Shown in pieces: positions 25,539 to 36,664 of a stretch of 64,000 bases of DNA. The position numbers and the translations under genes were made by a program. Origin of the DNA: Macrostomum lignano (taxonomy: Eukaryota); the NCBI GenBank assembly GCA_002269645.1, contig NIVC01001542.1:44815-108814 (forward strand), written 5' to 3'. The notes below the pieces were generated by a model that did not search any database, had not been told where the DNA came from, and worked only from the letters and a program-made list of their open reading frames with translations. Position 1 is the first letter of the stretch, and each line of letters begins with the position of its first letter.

Positions 25539-25903
25539 GTTAGCTTGAAGTTTGAGTAGACAGTCTGAACAGGTTCTCAATGCTAGCTAATTAGTTACTA
25601 AATTGTGGCTCTGTTGTTTCAATTTGCAACATCTTTGAAAAATGCGTTTACTCTAATAATATTACTAATAGTAGTAATAATTAATTATAAATAAACTTCG
25701 AACATTTTTGCTAGCTGTTGGTAATTTCATCGTGTGGTTTGCAACTTTCCTTTAAGTCTGTCTTGATAGGTCTTCTGTGACTATAAAAGCTCAATTTTAT
25801 TGGCAATTAATAAATCTCGCCGCAATTCCTGCTCGAATCCCAACTAATCTACATAAAAGTACATCGGCAAGCTCCTATAGTCACTGTCTCGCAACAGTCT
25901 GAC

Positions 25904-28900
25904 ATGTCCGGTCGCGGTTCTCAGAAGCAGCAAGGCGGAGCCGCCAGCGCAGCAAAGCGACGTCGATTTAACGATGATGACGATGATGACGAAGATTACG
26001 GCAGGTCCACTTTTGAGCAGGTTGGTGGTTGCTATGGTGATTGCTCAGGGGAGCTGCTACCACTGCTGTGTTGTGGGTGTCGGTGTGAACATTTTCTCAT
26101 GTTTTTAGCTGCTCGTGTCATGGTCCTGATCTCGTGTCTTCTAGTCCCTTGATCCCGTGTCTTCTAGTTCCCTGATCCCGTGTCTTCTAGTCCCTTGATC
26201 CCGTGTCTTCTAAGTCCTTTGATCCCATGTCTTTTAGTCCCTTGATCCAGTGTCTTCTAGTTCCTTGATCCCGTGTCTTCTAGTCCCTTGATCCCGTGTC
26301 TTTTAGTCCCTTGATCCCGTGTCTTTTAGTCCCTTGATCCCGTGTCTTTTAGTCCCTTGATCCCGTGTCTTCTAGTCCTTTGATCCCGTGTCTTCTAGTC
26401 CCTTGATCCAGTGTCTTCTAGTTCCTTGATCCCGTGTCTTCTAGTCCCTTGATCCCATGTCTTCTAGTCCCTTGATCCCGTGTCTTCTAGTCCCTTGATC
26501 CCGTGTCTTTTAGTCCCTTGATCCCGTGTCTTCTAGTCCTTTGATCCCATGTCTTCTAGTCCCTTGATCAAATGTCTTTTAGTCCCTTGATCCCGTGTCT
26601 TCTAGTCCCTTGATCTCGTGTCTTTTAGTCCCTTGATCCCGTGTCTTCTAGTCCCTTGATCCAGTGTCTACTAGTTCCTTGATCCCGTGTCTTCTAGTCC
26701 CTTGATCCCGTGTCTTTTAGTCCCTTGATCCAGTGTCTTCTAGTTCCTTGATCCCATGTCTTTTAGTCCCTTGATCCCGTGTCTTCTAGTCCCTTGATCA
26801 AATGTCTTTTAGTCCCTTGATCCCGTGTCTTTTAGTCCCTTGATCCCGTGTCTTCTAGTCCTTTGATCCCATGTCTTCTAGTCCCTTGATCAAATGTCTT
26901 TTAGTCCCTTGATCTCGTGTCTTGTAGTCCCTTGATCTCGTGTCTTTTAGTCCTTTGATCTCGTGTCTTCTAGTCCCTTGATCCCGTGTCTTGTAGTCCC
27001 TTGATCTCGTGTCTTTTAGTCCCTTGATCTCGTGTCTTGTAGTCCCTTGATCCCGTGTCTTTTAGTCCCTTGATCCCGTGTCTTTTAGTCCCTTGATCCC
27101 GTGTCTTCTAGTCCCTTGATCAAATGTCTTCTAATCCCTTAATCCTATGTCTTAAAGTCCCTAATCTCGTGTCACAGGATGGATGGATCAAAGGCTTTGA
27201 GATGTTGGATCAGTAACTAAAAGATACTGGATCAAGGACCTACAGTAATGGAATCAGAGGACTTTCAAGAAACTTAGTCAGGAACTTAAAGACGCGGGAT
27301 CAAGGGATTTAAAGACATTAGTTGCCTTCAGCTTAATAAATCCTGTGAAAAAACTCCCCAGGAGCTGGCCATGTTCGAGGAGGAGGCGGACGCCGCCGCA
27401 GCCGAAGCCGCCGACGCCGCCGATGTCGCTGCGATCATCGACGCTGACGCCGCCTCTGCAGCGGCGGCTAGCGCCGGCGCAGATGCCAAGAAATGGCGCC
27501 GGGCGCCGCTGCCGCATGCCGCAGACCCGGCCACCCAGCCGCTGATGTTCCAGCAGATGGACTTGGACTGCTACACCCTGCCTGCGGCTGGCTCGGGCTC
27601 CGGCGCCAGCCCCGTAGTCCGCATGTACGGCATCACCGAGGCCGGGCACTCAGTCCTGGTGCATGTGCACGGATTCAATCCCTACTTCTTTGTGCCCGCG
27701 CCTGAGGGCTTCTCGCCTGCCGATTGTCATTCGTTTAAGCAGGCGCTCAATCAGGCTGTGCTCAAAGATCTGCGCGGGAATCGCGAGGGAATTGTTGAAG
27801 CCGTGGTTGCCGTCAGGCTGGTTGATAAGGAAAGCATCTACGGTTTCCATAGGAACAGGAAGCAGCCGTTTCTACGGGTGACCGTAGCGCTGCAGCGGCT
27901 GATGGCGCCGGCTAAGAGGCTGCTGGAGCAGGGGTTCTCCTGGCAGCAGGGCCGCGGCTCTCACTGCTTCAGCCTGTATGAGGCTAATATCGATTTTGAG
28001 ATCAGGTTTATGGTGGATACCGGACTGGTTGGTTGTTGCTGGGTGAGTTGTGATTGTTTATCATGTGTATTTTTAATGTATTTTCGTGTGTTTAGCATGC
28101 GTATTTGATGTGCTCTCTTGTGTTTATCCTGTGTATTTTTTATGTATTTTTGTGTGTTTAGCATGCGTATTTGATGTGCTTTCTTGTGTTTACCATATGT
28201 TTATCATGTGTATATCATGTGTTTTCGTGTGTTAAGCATGTGCATATTATGTGTTGTCCTGTTTTAAACATGTGTATATCATATGCTTTCTTTGTTATAA
28301 GCATGTGCATTTTATTTTATTTTGTGTTTCAACATAATGTGCTTTCCTGTGCTCACCAGGTGGAGCTGCCGGCGGGCAAGTACACCCTGCGCGAGAAGGA
28401 GAACCGCTTGGCGCCTCAGTCGCGCTGCCAGCTCGAAGCCGACGTGGCCTCCTGGTCCGATGTGGTGGCGCACCCAGCCGAAGGCGTCTGGAGCAAAGTG
28501 GCCCCGCTGAGAATTCTCAGCTTCGATATCGAATGCGCTGGCAGGCGCGGGGTGTTCCCCGAACCCGAGCGGGATCCAGTCATCCAGATTGCCAACATGG
28601 TGGTGCGGCACGGCGAGACCGACCCGTTCATTCGGAATGTCTTCACCTTGGGCACCTGCGCTTCCATTGTTGGCTCTCAGGTGTGTTTTAGCTACTGTCT
28701 TGCTTGATCCCCGAAATCCCACTCCCTTCCCAGGTGTAATCCGATCTCTGATCCCTATAACTAATCCCCATCTCTTCCCAGGTGCAGTCGATCTCTGATA
28801 CCTATAACTAATCCCCATCTCTTCCCAGGTGCAATCAATCTCTGATACCTATAATTAATCCCCATCTCTTCCCAGGTGTAATCCGATCTCTGATCCCTAT

Positions 28901-31900
28901 AATTAATCCCTATCTCTTCCCAGGTGTAATCCGATCTCTGATCCCTATAATTAATCCCCATCTCTTCCCAGGTGTAATCCGATCTCTCATCCCTATAATT
29001 AATCCCCATCTCTTCCCAGGTGCAATCGGTCTCTGATCCCTATAATTAATCCAATCCTCAAGTTTACCCCCCCCCCCCAAGAAAATATCCAAATTTCATT
29101 AATAAATTCCTGTGATATATACTAATCTCCAAGTCCTCCAACCCTAACCCAACTCACGCAGGTGCTGTCCTTCAAGACCGAGTCGGACCTCCTAGCAGCC
29201 TGGTCGGCCTTCGTTCGCGACGTTGACCCGGACGTGATCACCGGCTACAACATTCAGAACTTCGACATGCCCTACCTGTTGAAACGGGCCGCCACTCTGA
29301 AAGTGCAACAATTCCCATTCTTAGGCCGAATCTCGGCCACTAAGTCCACCATTCGCGAGGCCCAGATCCAATCCAAGCAGATGGGCCGCCGCGAGAACAA
29401 ATGGGTGAATATGGAGGGCCGGGTCCAGCTTGACCTGTTGCAGATTCTATTTCGAGACTACAAGCTGCGCAGCTATTCGCTCAACGCAGTGTCCTATCAT
29501 TTCCTGCACGAGCAGAAGGAGGATGTGCAGCATTCCATTATCACCGAACTGCAGAATGGCAACGAGCAGACGAGGCGCAGGCTGGCTGTCTATTGTCTCA
29601 AGGATGCCTACCTGCCTTTGAGGCTTATGGATAAGCTCATGTGCCTGGTTAACTATATGGAGATGGCCAGGGTCACTGGAGTGCCGCTCACCTTTCTGCT
29701 GTCTAGGGGGCAGCAGGTGAGACTGCTTTTCTAATTGGCGGGAAATTGGGTAAATGGTATAGGGGAGAGAGGGTAGAGGGGAGAGGGGAGAAAGGGTAGA
29801 TGGTAGAGGGGAGAGAGGGTAGATGGTAGAGGGGAGAGAGGGTAGATGGTAGAGGGGAGAGAGGGTAGATGGTAGAGGGGAGAGAGGGTAGATGATAGAG
29901 GGGAGAGAGGGTAGATGGTAGAGGGGAGAGAGGGTAGATGGTAGAGGGGAGAGAGGGGAGAGAGGGTAGATGGTAGAGGGGAGAGAGGGTAGATGGTAGA
30001 GGGGAGAGAGGGTAGATGGTAGAGGGGAGAGAGGTTAGATGGTAGAGGGGAGAGAGGGTAGATGGAAGAGAGGGGAGAGAGGGTAGATGGTAGAGGGGAG
30101 AGAGGGGAGAGAGGGTAGATGGTAGAGGGGAGAGAGGGTAGATGGTAGAGGGGAGAGAGGGTAGATGGTAGAGGGGAGAGAGGTTAGATGGTAGAGGGGA
30201 GAGAGGGTAGATGGAAGAGAGGGGAGAGAGGGTAGATGGTAGAGGGGAGAGAGGGTAGATGGTAGAGGGGAGAGAGGGTAGATGGTAGAGGGGAGAGAGG
30301 GTAGATGGTAGAGGGGAGAGAGGGTAGATGGTAGAGGGGAGAGAGGGTAGATGGTAGAGGGGAGAGAGGGTAGATGGTAGAGGGGAGAGAGGGTAGATGG
30401 TAGAGGGGAGAGAGGGTAGATGGTAGAGGGGAGAGAGGGTAGATGGTAGAGGGGAGAGAGGGTAGATGGTAGAGGGGAGAGAGGGTAGATGGTAGAGGGG
30501 AGAGAGGGTAGATGGTAGAGGGGAGAGAGGGTAGAGGGGAGAGAGGGTAGATGGTAGAGGGGAGAGAGGGTAGATGGTAGAGGGGAGAGAGGGTAGATGG
30601 TAGAGGGGAGAGAGGGTAGATGGTAGAGGGGAGAGAGGGTAGATGGTAGAGGGGAGAGAAGGTAGATGGTAGAGGGGAGAGAGGGTAGATGGTAGAGGGG
30701 AGAGAGGGTAGATGGTAGAGGGGAGAGAGGGTAGATGGTAGAGGGGAGAGAGGTTCAATAGTACAGGGGAGAGGGCAAATTGTAGAAGGAAAAAAGTTAA
30801 GTGTTGGATGGTAAAGAGGGTGAATGGTAGCAATAAAAGCTGGTGAATGGTAGAAGGGAGTGACTTGAACTGGTTAATGGGTAGGTAAATGATAAATTGA
30901 AAAGCGGGTGAATGGTGGAATCGGGAAGGTAAATGGTAGAGACGAAGCGGTTAAATGGTAGATGGTGAATAAGAGTGGTGCTACATTTTTCAGTATCGGC
31001 GCTATGATTTCTTTAATGGCGCATGCATTGCCTTAGTCTAATAGTGGTCGGTCATCAATTCCGATATGTTGTGTAAATAACTTGCAACATTGCTTTATTT
31101 CTCATTCCCAGGTAAAAGTAATCTCTCAGCTTCTTCGCAAAGCCAAAGAGCAGGATCTGTTGCTGCCTACTCAGAAAGTTGAGCAGGGCGATGAGTACAC
31201 GGGTGCCACAGTGATCGAACCTGTGAAAGGCTACTACACCACACCGATTGCTACTCTGGACTTCTCTTCTCTGTACCCATCAATCATGATGGCCCACAAC
31301 CTGTGCTACACCACCCTGCTGGACCAGGCCTCCATAGCCAAGTACAGCCTGCAGCCAGACGAGTACATTAAAACACCATGCGGATCCTACTTTGCTAAGA
31401 AGAATGTTAGGAAAGGCCTGCTACCAGAGATTCTTGAGCAGTTGCTCAACGCTAGGAAGCGAGCTAAGGACGATTTGAAGAATGAAACTGACGAGTTTAA
31501 GAAGCGGGTAATTTATTGCTGCTGCTGCTGGGTTCTAGTCTAAAAGTTTTCCCTGAGAATATTCCTTAATTCTCCCTGAGATTAGACCTTAAATCTGTCT
31601 GAGAATAGAGCTTTGATCTCTCTAAGAAAATACCTTAAATCTCTAAGAAAATACCTTAGATCTCCCTAAGAATAGACCTTAGATCTGCTTGAGAAGAGAG
31701 CTTGGATATCCCTGGGAATAATAGACCTTAGATCTCTCTAAGATAATACCTATATCGCCATGCGAATCAAATTAAAGCGACTAGACCTCAAATCCCAGTG
31801 AGACTAGACTTCAAATGAGATTAGACCACAAATGAGACTAGATCTCAAATGAGACTAGACCTCAAATCCCAGTGAGACTACCTCAAATCCCAGTGAGACT

Positions 31901-34900
31901 AGACCTCAAATCCCAGTGAGACTGGACCTCAAATCCCAGTTAGACTAGATCTGAAATCCCAGTGAGACTAAACCTCAAATCCCCAATCCCAGGTGCTGGA
32001 CGGTCGCCAGCTGGCCCTGAAGATCAGCGCCAATTCCGTATACGGTTTCACCGGAGCCCAAGTGGGCAAGCTGCCCTGCCTGGACATCTCTTCAAGTGTC
32101 ACCGCATTCGGCCGGACCATGATTATGGAAACTAAGCGATACGTTGAAGAGCGCTACACCGTTGCCAATGGCTACGCTCACGACGCCAAGGTGATCTACG
32201 GCGATACGGACTCGGTGATGTGCCGGTTCAATGCGGCCACGGTGGCTGATGCCATGAAGCTGGGCAGGGAGGCTGCGGATTACATTAGCAGCAAATTTCC
32301 ACCCCCGATTAAGCTGGAGTTCGAGAAGGTGTACTGTCCCTATCTGCTTATCAACAAAAAGCGGTGAGTCGGGTTGGCTTTGAGTTGGCCTGAGAAATCG
32401 CCCTTCAATATCACCTGAGAATCGACCTAAATCTCACCTAATAATCGGTCTAAATCTCACCTGAGAATCGTCCCCAAATCTCACCTGAGAATCGCCCCCA
32501 AATCTTACCTGAGAATCGTCCCCAAATCTCACCTGAGAATCGTCCCCAAATCTCACATGAGAATCGCCCCCAAATCTCACCTGAGAATCGCCACCAAATC
32601 TCACCTGAGAATCGTTCCCAAATCCCAAATCTCACCTGAGAATGGCCCTCAAATATCACTTGTAAATCGCTCCCGAATCTCACCTGAGAATCGCCCCTGA
32701 ATCTCACCTGAGAATCGCCCCTGAATCTCACCTGAGAATCGCCCCGTAAATCCGCACAATTCTGTAGCTACGCAGGCCTGTACTTCACCAAGCCGGACAA
32801 GCACGACAAGATGGACTGCAAAGGCATTGAAACGGTTCGCCGGGACAACAGTCCACTGGTTGCCAATCTGGTCAACGCCTGTCTGCACAAGATCCTCATC
32901 GATCGGGATCCCGATGGCGCAGTGCAGCACGCCAAGAGCGTCATTAGCGACCTGCTGTGCAACCGGGTTGACATCTCCCAGCTGGTGAGATGGGGGAATC
33001 GGTCAAAATATAGCCGTGTACTCAATTGGGAATTATTAGGAAATCAATATACTGTGTACTAGTATAAATTAATTTTAAGTCAATCTATTTTTGAGTACAA
33101 TGTGTTACTTTCTGCTATAAGTAGGTTAAAAGCGCACGCCACCAATTTATTATATTCATAAATTCCCGGCCAGGTAATCAGCAAAGAGCTCACAAAAACT
33201 GATGACGAATACGCTGGCAAGCAGGCTCACGTGGAGCTGGCCAACAAGATCAGGAAGCGCGACCCCGGCTCCGCCCCTCAGCTTGGCGACCGGGTGCCCT
33301 ACGTGATTGTGTCTGCCGCCAAGGGCACCCCGGCCTATCAGAAGGCCGAAGATCCCATCTACGTCCTGGAGAACAATGTACCAATTGATACGAATTATTA
33401 CCTGGAGAACCAATTGGCTAATCCACTACTGCGTATATTTGAGCCTATTCTAGGCGACGGTAAAGCTCGCTCAATGCTGCTAAGCGGTGAGCACACTCGG
33501 GTGAAAGCTGTGGTCCACTCCAAAGTTGGTGGTTTGGCCGCTTTTGCTACTAGGAGAGCCGCCTGCCTCGGCTGCAAGGCGGTGCTGCCGCAGGACGCCG
33601 CCAATGGGGCCGTGTGCAAGCACTGCGAGCCCAACGAGTCGGCGCTCTACCAGCGGGAGGTGCGTTGAGTTTTTCGATACACATCGGTAGAATGCTCCAT
33701 TTGATACATGTCGGTAGAATTCTTCATTCGATACATCTCAGTAGAATTCTTCATTCGATACATGTCGGTAGAATTCTTCATTTGATACATGTCGGTAGAA
33801 TTCTTCATTCGATACACGCGGTAAAAATCATTCATGCAGTACATATCGGTAGAATGCTTTATTCGATACATATCGGTAGAGTGCTTCATTAGCTGCATGT
33901 AGCTAGGGTAGAAAGTTTTTTTTCGATACATATCGGTAGAGTGCTTCATTAGCTGCATGTAGCTAGGGTAGAAAGTTTTTTTCGATACATATCGGTAGAG
34001 TGCTTCATTAGCTGCATGTAGCTAGGGTAGAAAGTTTTTTTCGATACATATCGGTAGAGTGCTTCATTAGCTGCATGTAGCTAGGGTAGAAAGTTTTTTT
34101 CGATACATATCGGTAGAGTGCTTCATTAGCTGCATGTAGCTAGGGTAGAAAGTTTTTTTCGATACATATCGGTAGAGTGCTTCATTAGCTGCATGTAGCT
34201 AGGGTAGAAAGTTTTTTTCGATACATATCGGTAGAGTGCTTCATTAGCTGCATGTAGCTAGGGTAGAAAGTTTTTTTTCGATACATATCGGTAGAGTGCT
34301 TCATTAGCTGCATGTAGCTAGGGTAGAAAGTTTTTTTTCGATACATATCGGTAGAGTGCTTCATTAGCTGCATGTAGCTAGGGTAGAAAGTTTTTTTCGA
34401 TACATATCGGTAGAGTGCTTCATTAGCTGCATGTAGCTAGGGTAGAAAGTTTTTTTCGATACATATCGGTAGAGTGCTTCATTAGCTGCATGTAGCTAGG
34501 GTAGAAAGTTTTTTTCGATACATATCGGTAGAGTGCTTCATTAGCTGCATGTAGCTAGGGTAGAAAGTTTTTTTCGATACATATCGGTAGAGTGCTTCAT
34601 TAGCTGCATGTAGCTAGGGTAGAAAGTTTTTTTCGATACATATCGGTAGAGTGCTTCATTAGCTGCATGTAGCTAGGGTAGAAAGTTTTTTTTCGATACA
34701 TATCGGTAGAGTGCTTCATTAGCTGCATATAGCTAGGGTAGAAAGTTTTTTTCGATACATATCGGTAGAGATTCTGTATCTATCTAATGTTCTTCAATCA
34801 ATCAATGCAGGTCGGCGTTCTTCGCGTCCTCGAAGAGAAATTCAACCGTCTGTGGACTGAGTGCCAGCGCTGTCAGGGCTCCCTGCACGAGGACGTCTTG

Positions 34901-35008
34901 TGCACCAGCCGGGACTGCCCAATCTTCTATATGCGCAAACGGCTGCAGAAAGACCTGGCTGATCAGGACGCTCTGGTTGGACGGTTCGGGGAGCCGTGCG
35001 ATTGGTGA
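25904..35008 (+). CDS. POLD1: DNA polymerase delta catalytic subunit (1113 aa, 9 exons)
   Basis: Exons 25904-26020, 27362-28042, 28360-28680, 29162-29716, 31112-31507, 31993-32363, 32768-32984, 33174-33659, 34811-35008. Motifs [43 protein letters not shown], CysA/CysB (CLGC..C..C; CQRC...C...DC). Confidence 0.97.
26130..27175. repeat. 23-bp minisatellite (CTTCTAGTCCCTTGATCCCGTGT), POLD1 intron 1
   Basis: Tandem array of >40 copies. Confidence 0.95.
28727..29050. repeat. 47-48-bp minisatellite, POLD1 intron 3; each unit begins GT and ends CCCAG
   Basis: AG|GT junctions after 28733, 28781, 28828, 28875, 28923, 28971 and 29019. Confidence 0.95.
29762..30750. repeat. 23-bp purine-rich minisatellite (AGATGGTAGAGGGGAGAGAGGGT), POLD1 intron 4
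   Basis: Tandem array; source of spurious ORF 29703..30833. Confidence 0.96.
31790..31990. repeat. Degenerate 23-bp repeat (GAGACTAGACCTCAAATCCCAGT), POLD1 intron 5
   Basis: Runs up to the functional acceptor at 31992. Confidence 0.8.
32392..32750. repeat. 24-bp minisatellite (CTCACCTGAGAATCGCCCCCAAAT), POLD1 intron 6
   Basis: Tandem copies fill the intron. Confidence 0.92.
33672..34770. repeat. 59-bp minisatellite with TTTTCGATACATATCGG core, POLD1 intron 8
   Basis: Period 59 (33962, 34021, ...); shorter precursor units at 33672-33880. Confidence 0.95.
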
Positions 35009-35576
35009 CTACTGGCTCTGGGTGCCTATTTTTTGGATTTAAAAATATGCGAAAACACGTAAAGCTCTACTTATGACTGATTTACTAGTAGCATGTGTAG
35101 AATGCTAAACTATTTTTTCAATTATAATAAAAATAAATACTCAAAATGTTTTCTACTCTACTTGCAAGTAATTTTCTAGTAGCGTGTTTCGGATGTTGGG
35201 ATCTTTAAAAATGGTGTGTTTTCAACAAGCATTTAAATTGTAATTTCAGCTCTATTTTGTAATATTTTGAGTAATGTTTATTAAAGTGGCTCGATGACCA
35301 ATGCGTATTTTGCTATGAAATTTTATTCCAGTTCCTTTGAAAACTGAACGCGCTATTTCAATTTGTTCTATTCTTTCAATTTCGCTATTTTGTTGCATTT
35401 TGTAATTTCAATTTTAAGCATTCAACTATAATTATAAAGTATTGTTTTATGACTTATTGTGCGTTTACATTCTTTAAAGCTGTATTTGTTAGTCAAACGA
35501 ATAATCGGAAATACACTTAGTTTATGGTTAGCTAATCGGGTTTTGTTTGATTTTTAACGATTCCTGTGCGTATCAA

Positions 35577-36100
35577 TGACCCAACCTACCCTTGACCCAA
35601 CCTACCCTTGACCCAACCTACCCTTGACCCAAACTACCCTTGACCCAAACTACCCTTGACCCAAACTACCCTTGACCCAAACTACCCTTGACCAAACTTA
35701 CCCATGACCCAACTTATCCATGACCCAACCTACCCATGACCAAACCTACTCAGGACCCAACCTACCCTTGACCCAACCTACCCTTGACCCAACCTACCCA
35801 TGACCCAATCTACCCATGACCAAACCTACCCTTGACCCAACCTACCCTTGACCCAACCTACCCTTGACCCAATCTACCCATGACCAAACCTACTCAGGAC
35901 CCAACCTACCCTTGACCCAACCTACCTTTGACCCAACCTACCCTTGACCCAAACTACCCTTGACCCAACCTACGCATGACCCAATCTACCCATGGCCAAA
36001 CCTACTCAGGACCCAACCTACCATTGACCCAACCTACCCTTGACCCAACCTACCCATGACCTACCCTGTAAATGACCCAGGCTACCCATGACCAAACCTA
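35577..36100. repeat. 16-bp minisatellite (GACCCAACCTACCCTT)
   Basis: Period 16; C-rich on the + strand. Confidence 0.93.
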
Positions 36101-36205
36101 TAATGACCAAAATGCAAATGATGAACCAAAACATGATCCAGGGTTTAGAGCCTCCCTATTTACTATAGCAATTATCTAACAGTGCAAATCCAATGACTGC
36201 TGCAG

Positions 36206-36583
36206 GCTGCACACAATTGGCAATGGAAGTCGTGCCAGAGGCACTGCTTCAATGACGGTTTCTGCTCCGAGTGTCTGCTGGTCCGCCTGTCTGCCAGCGA
36301 CAACACCAGCGTGGCCCGCTGCACCCAGTGCCACTGCTACAGCCCGTTCAAGGGCGACAGGTGCGAGATTCGGACTGGCGAGTCCTACGAATCTGGCGTG
36401 GTGTCCACTTCGAAGGCTATGGCTGTCATTCTGCCGCTGATGGCCCTGCTGGTCCTGATTGCGGTCGGGCTGGTGCTCTACCACAGGCACCGACATCTGA
36501 GGGGCCGCTCTAGGGAGCACCGCATCATCTACAATGAGGAGCGGGTGGATATGGACTCCGCCAGTGTGGCCAACGAGGCCTGA
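36206..36583 (+). CDS. Exon encoding EGF-like domain + transmembrane helix + short cytoplasmic tail; 5' part of gene not found
   Basis: Acceptor CTGCTGCAG| at 36205, phase 0. Reads AAHNWQWKSCQRHCFNDGFC...CHCYSPFKGDRCE...MAVILPLMALLVLIAVGLVLYHRHRH...*. In-frame stop upstream at 36194. Confidence 0.7.
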   Translation, partial: AAHNWQWKSCQRHCFNDGFCSECLLVRLSASDNTSVARCTQCHCYSPFKGDRCEIRTGESYESGVVSTSKAMAVILPLMALLVLIAVGLVLYHRHRHLRGRSREHRIIYNEERVDMDSASVANEA

Positions 36584-36664
36584 ACTTGTGGGCTTGGGTT
36601 GCTCTGAGTTGCTAGGGAGTTCATTAGGCTAGTTTAAAGCTTGGGTATGTTTTAGGCTTGTTTG

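Noticed and set aside
29703-30833. 376-aa LSPLPST ORF antisense to POLD1
   Set aside because: Artefact of the purine-rich 23-bp array.
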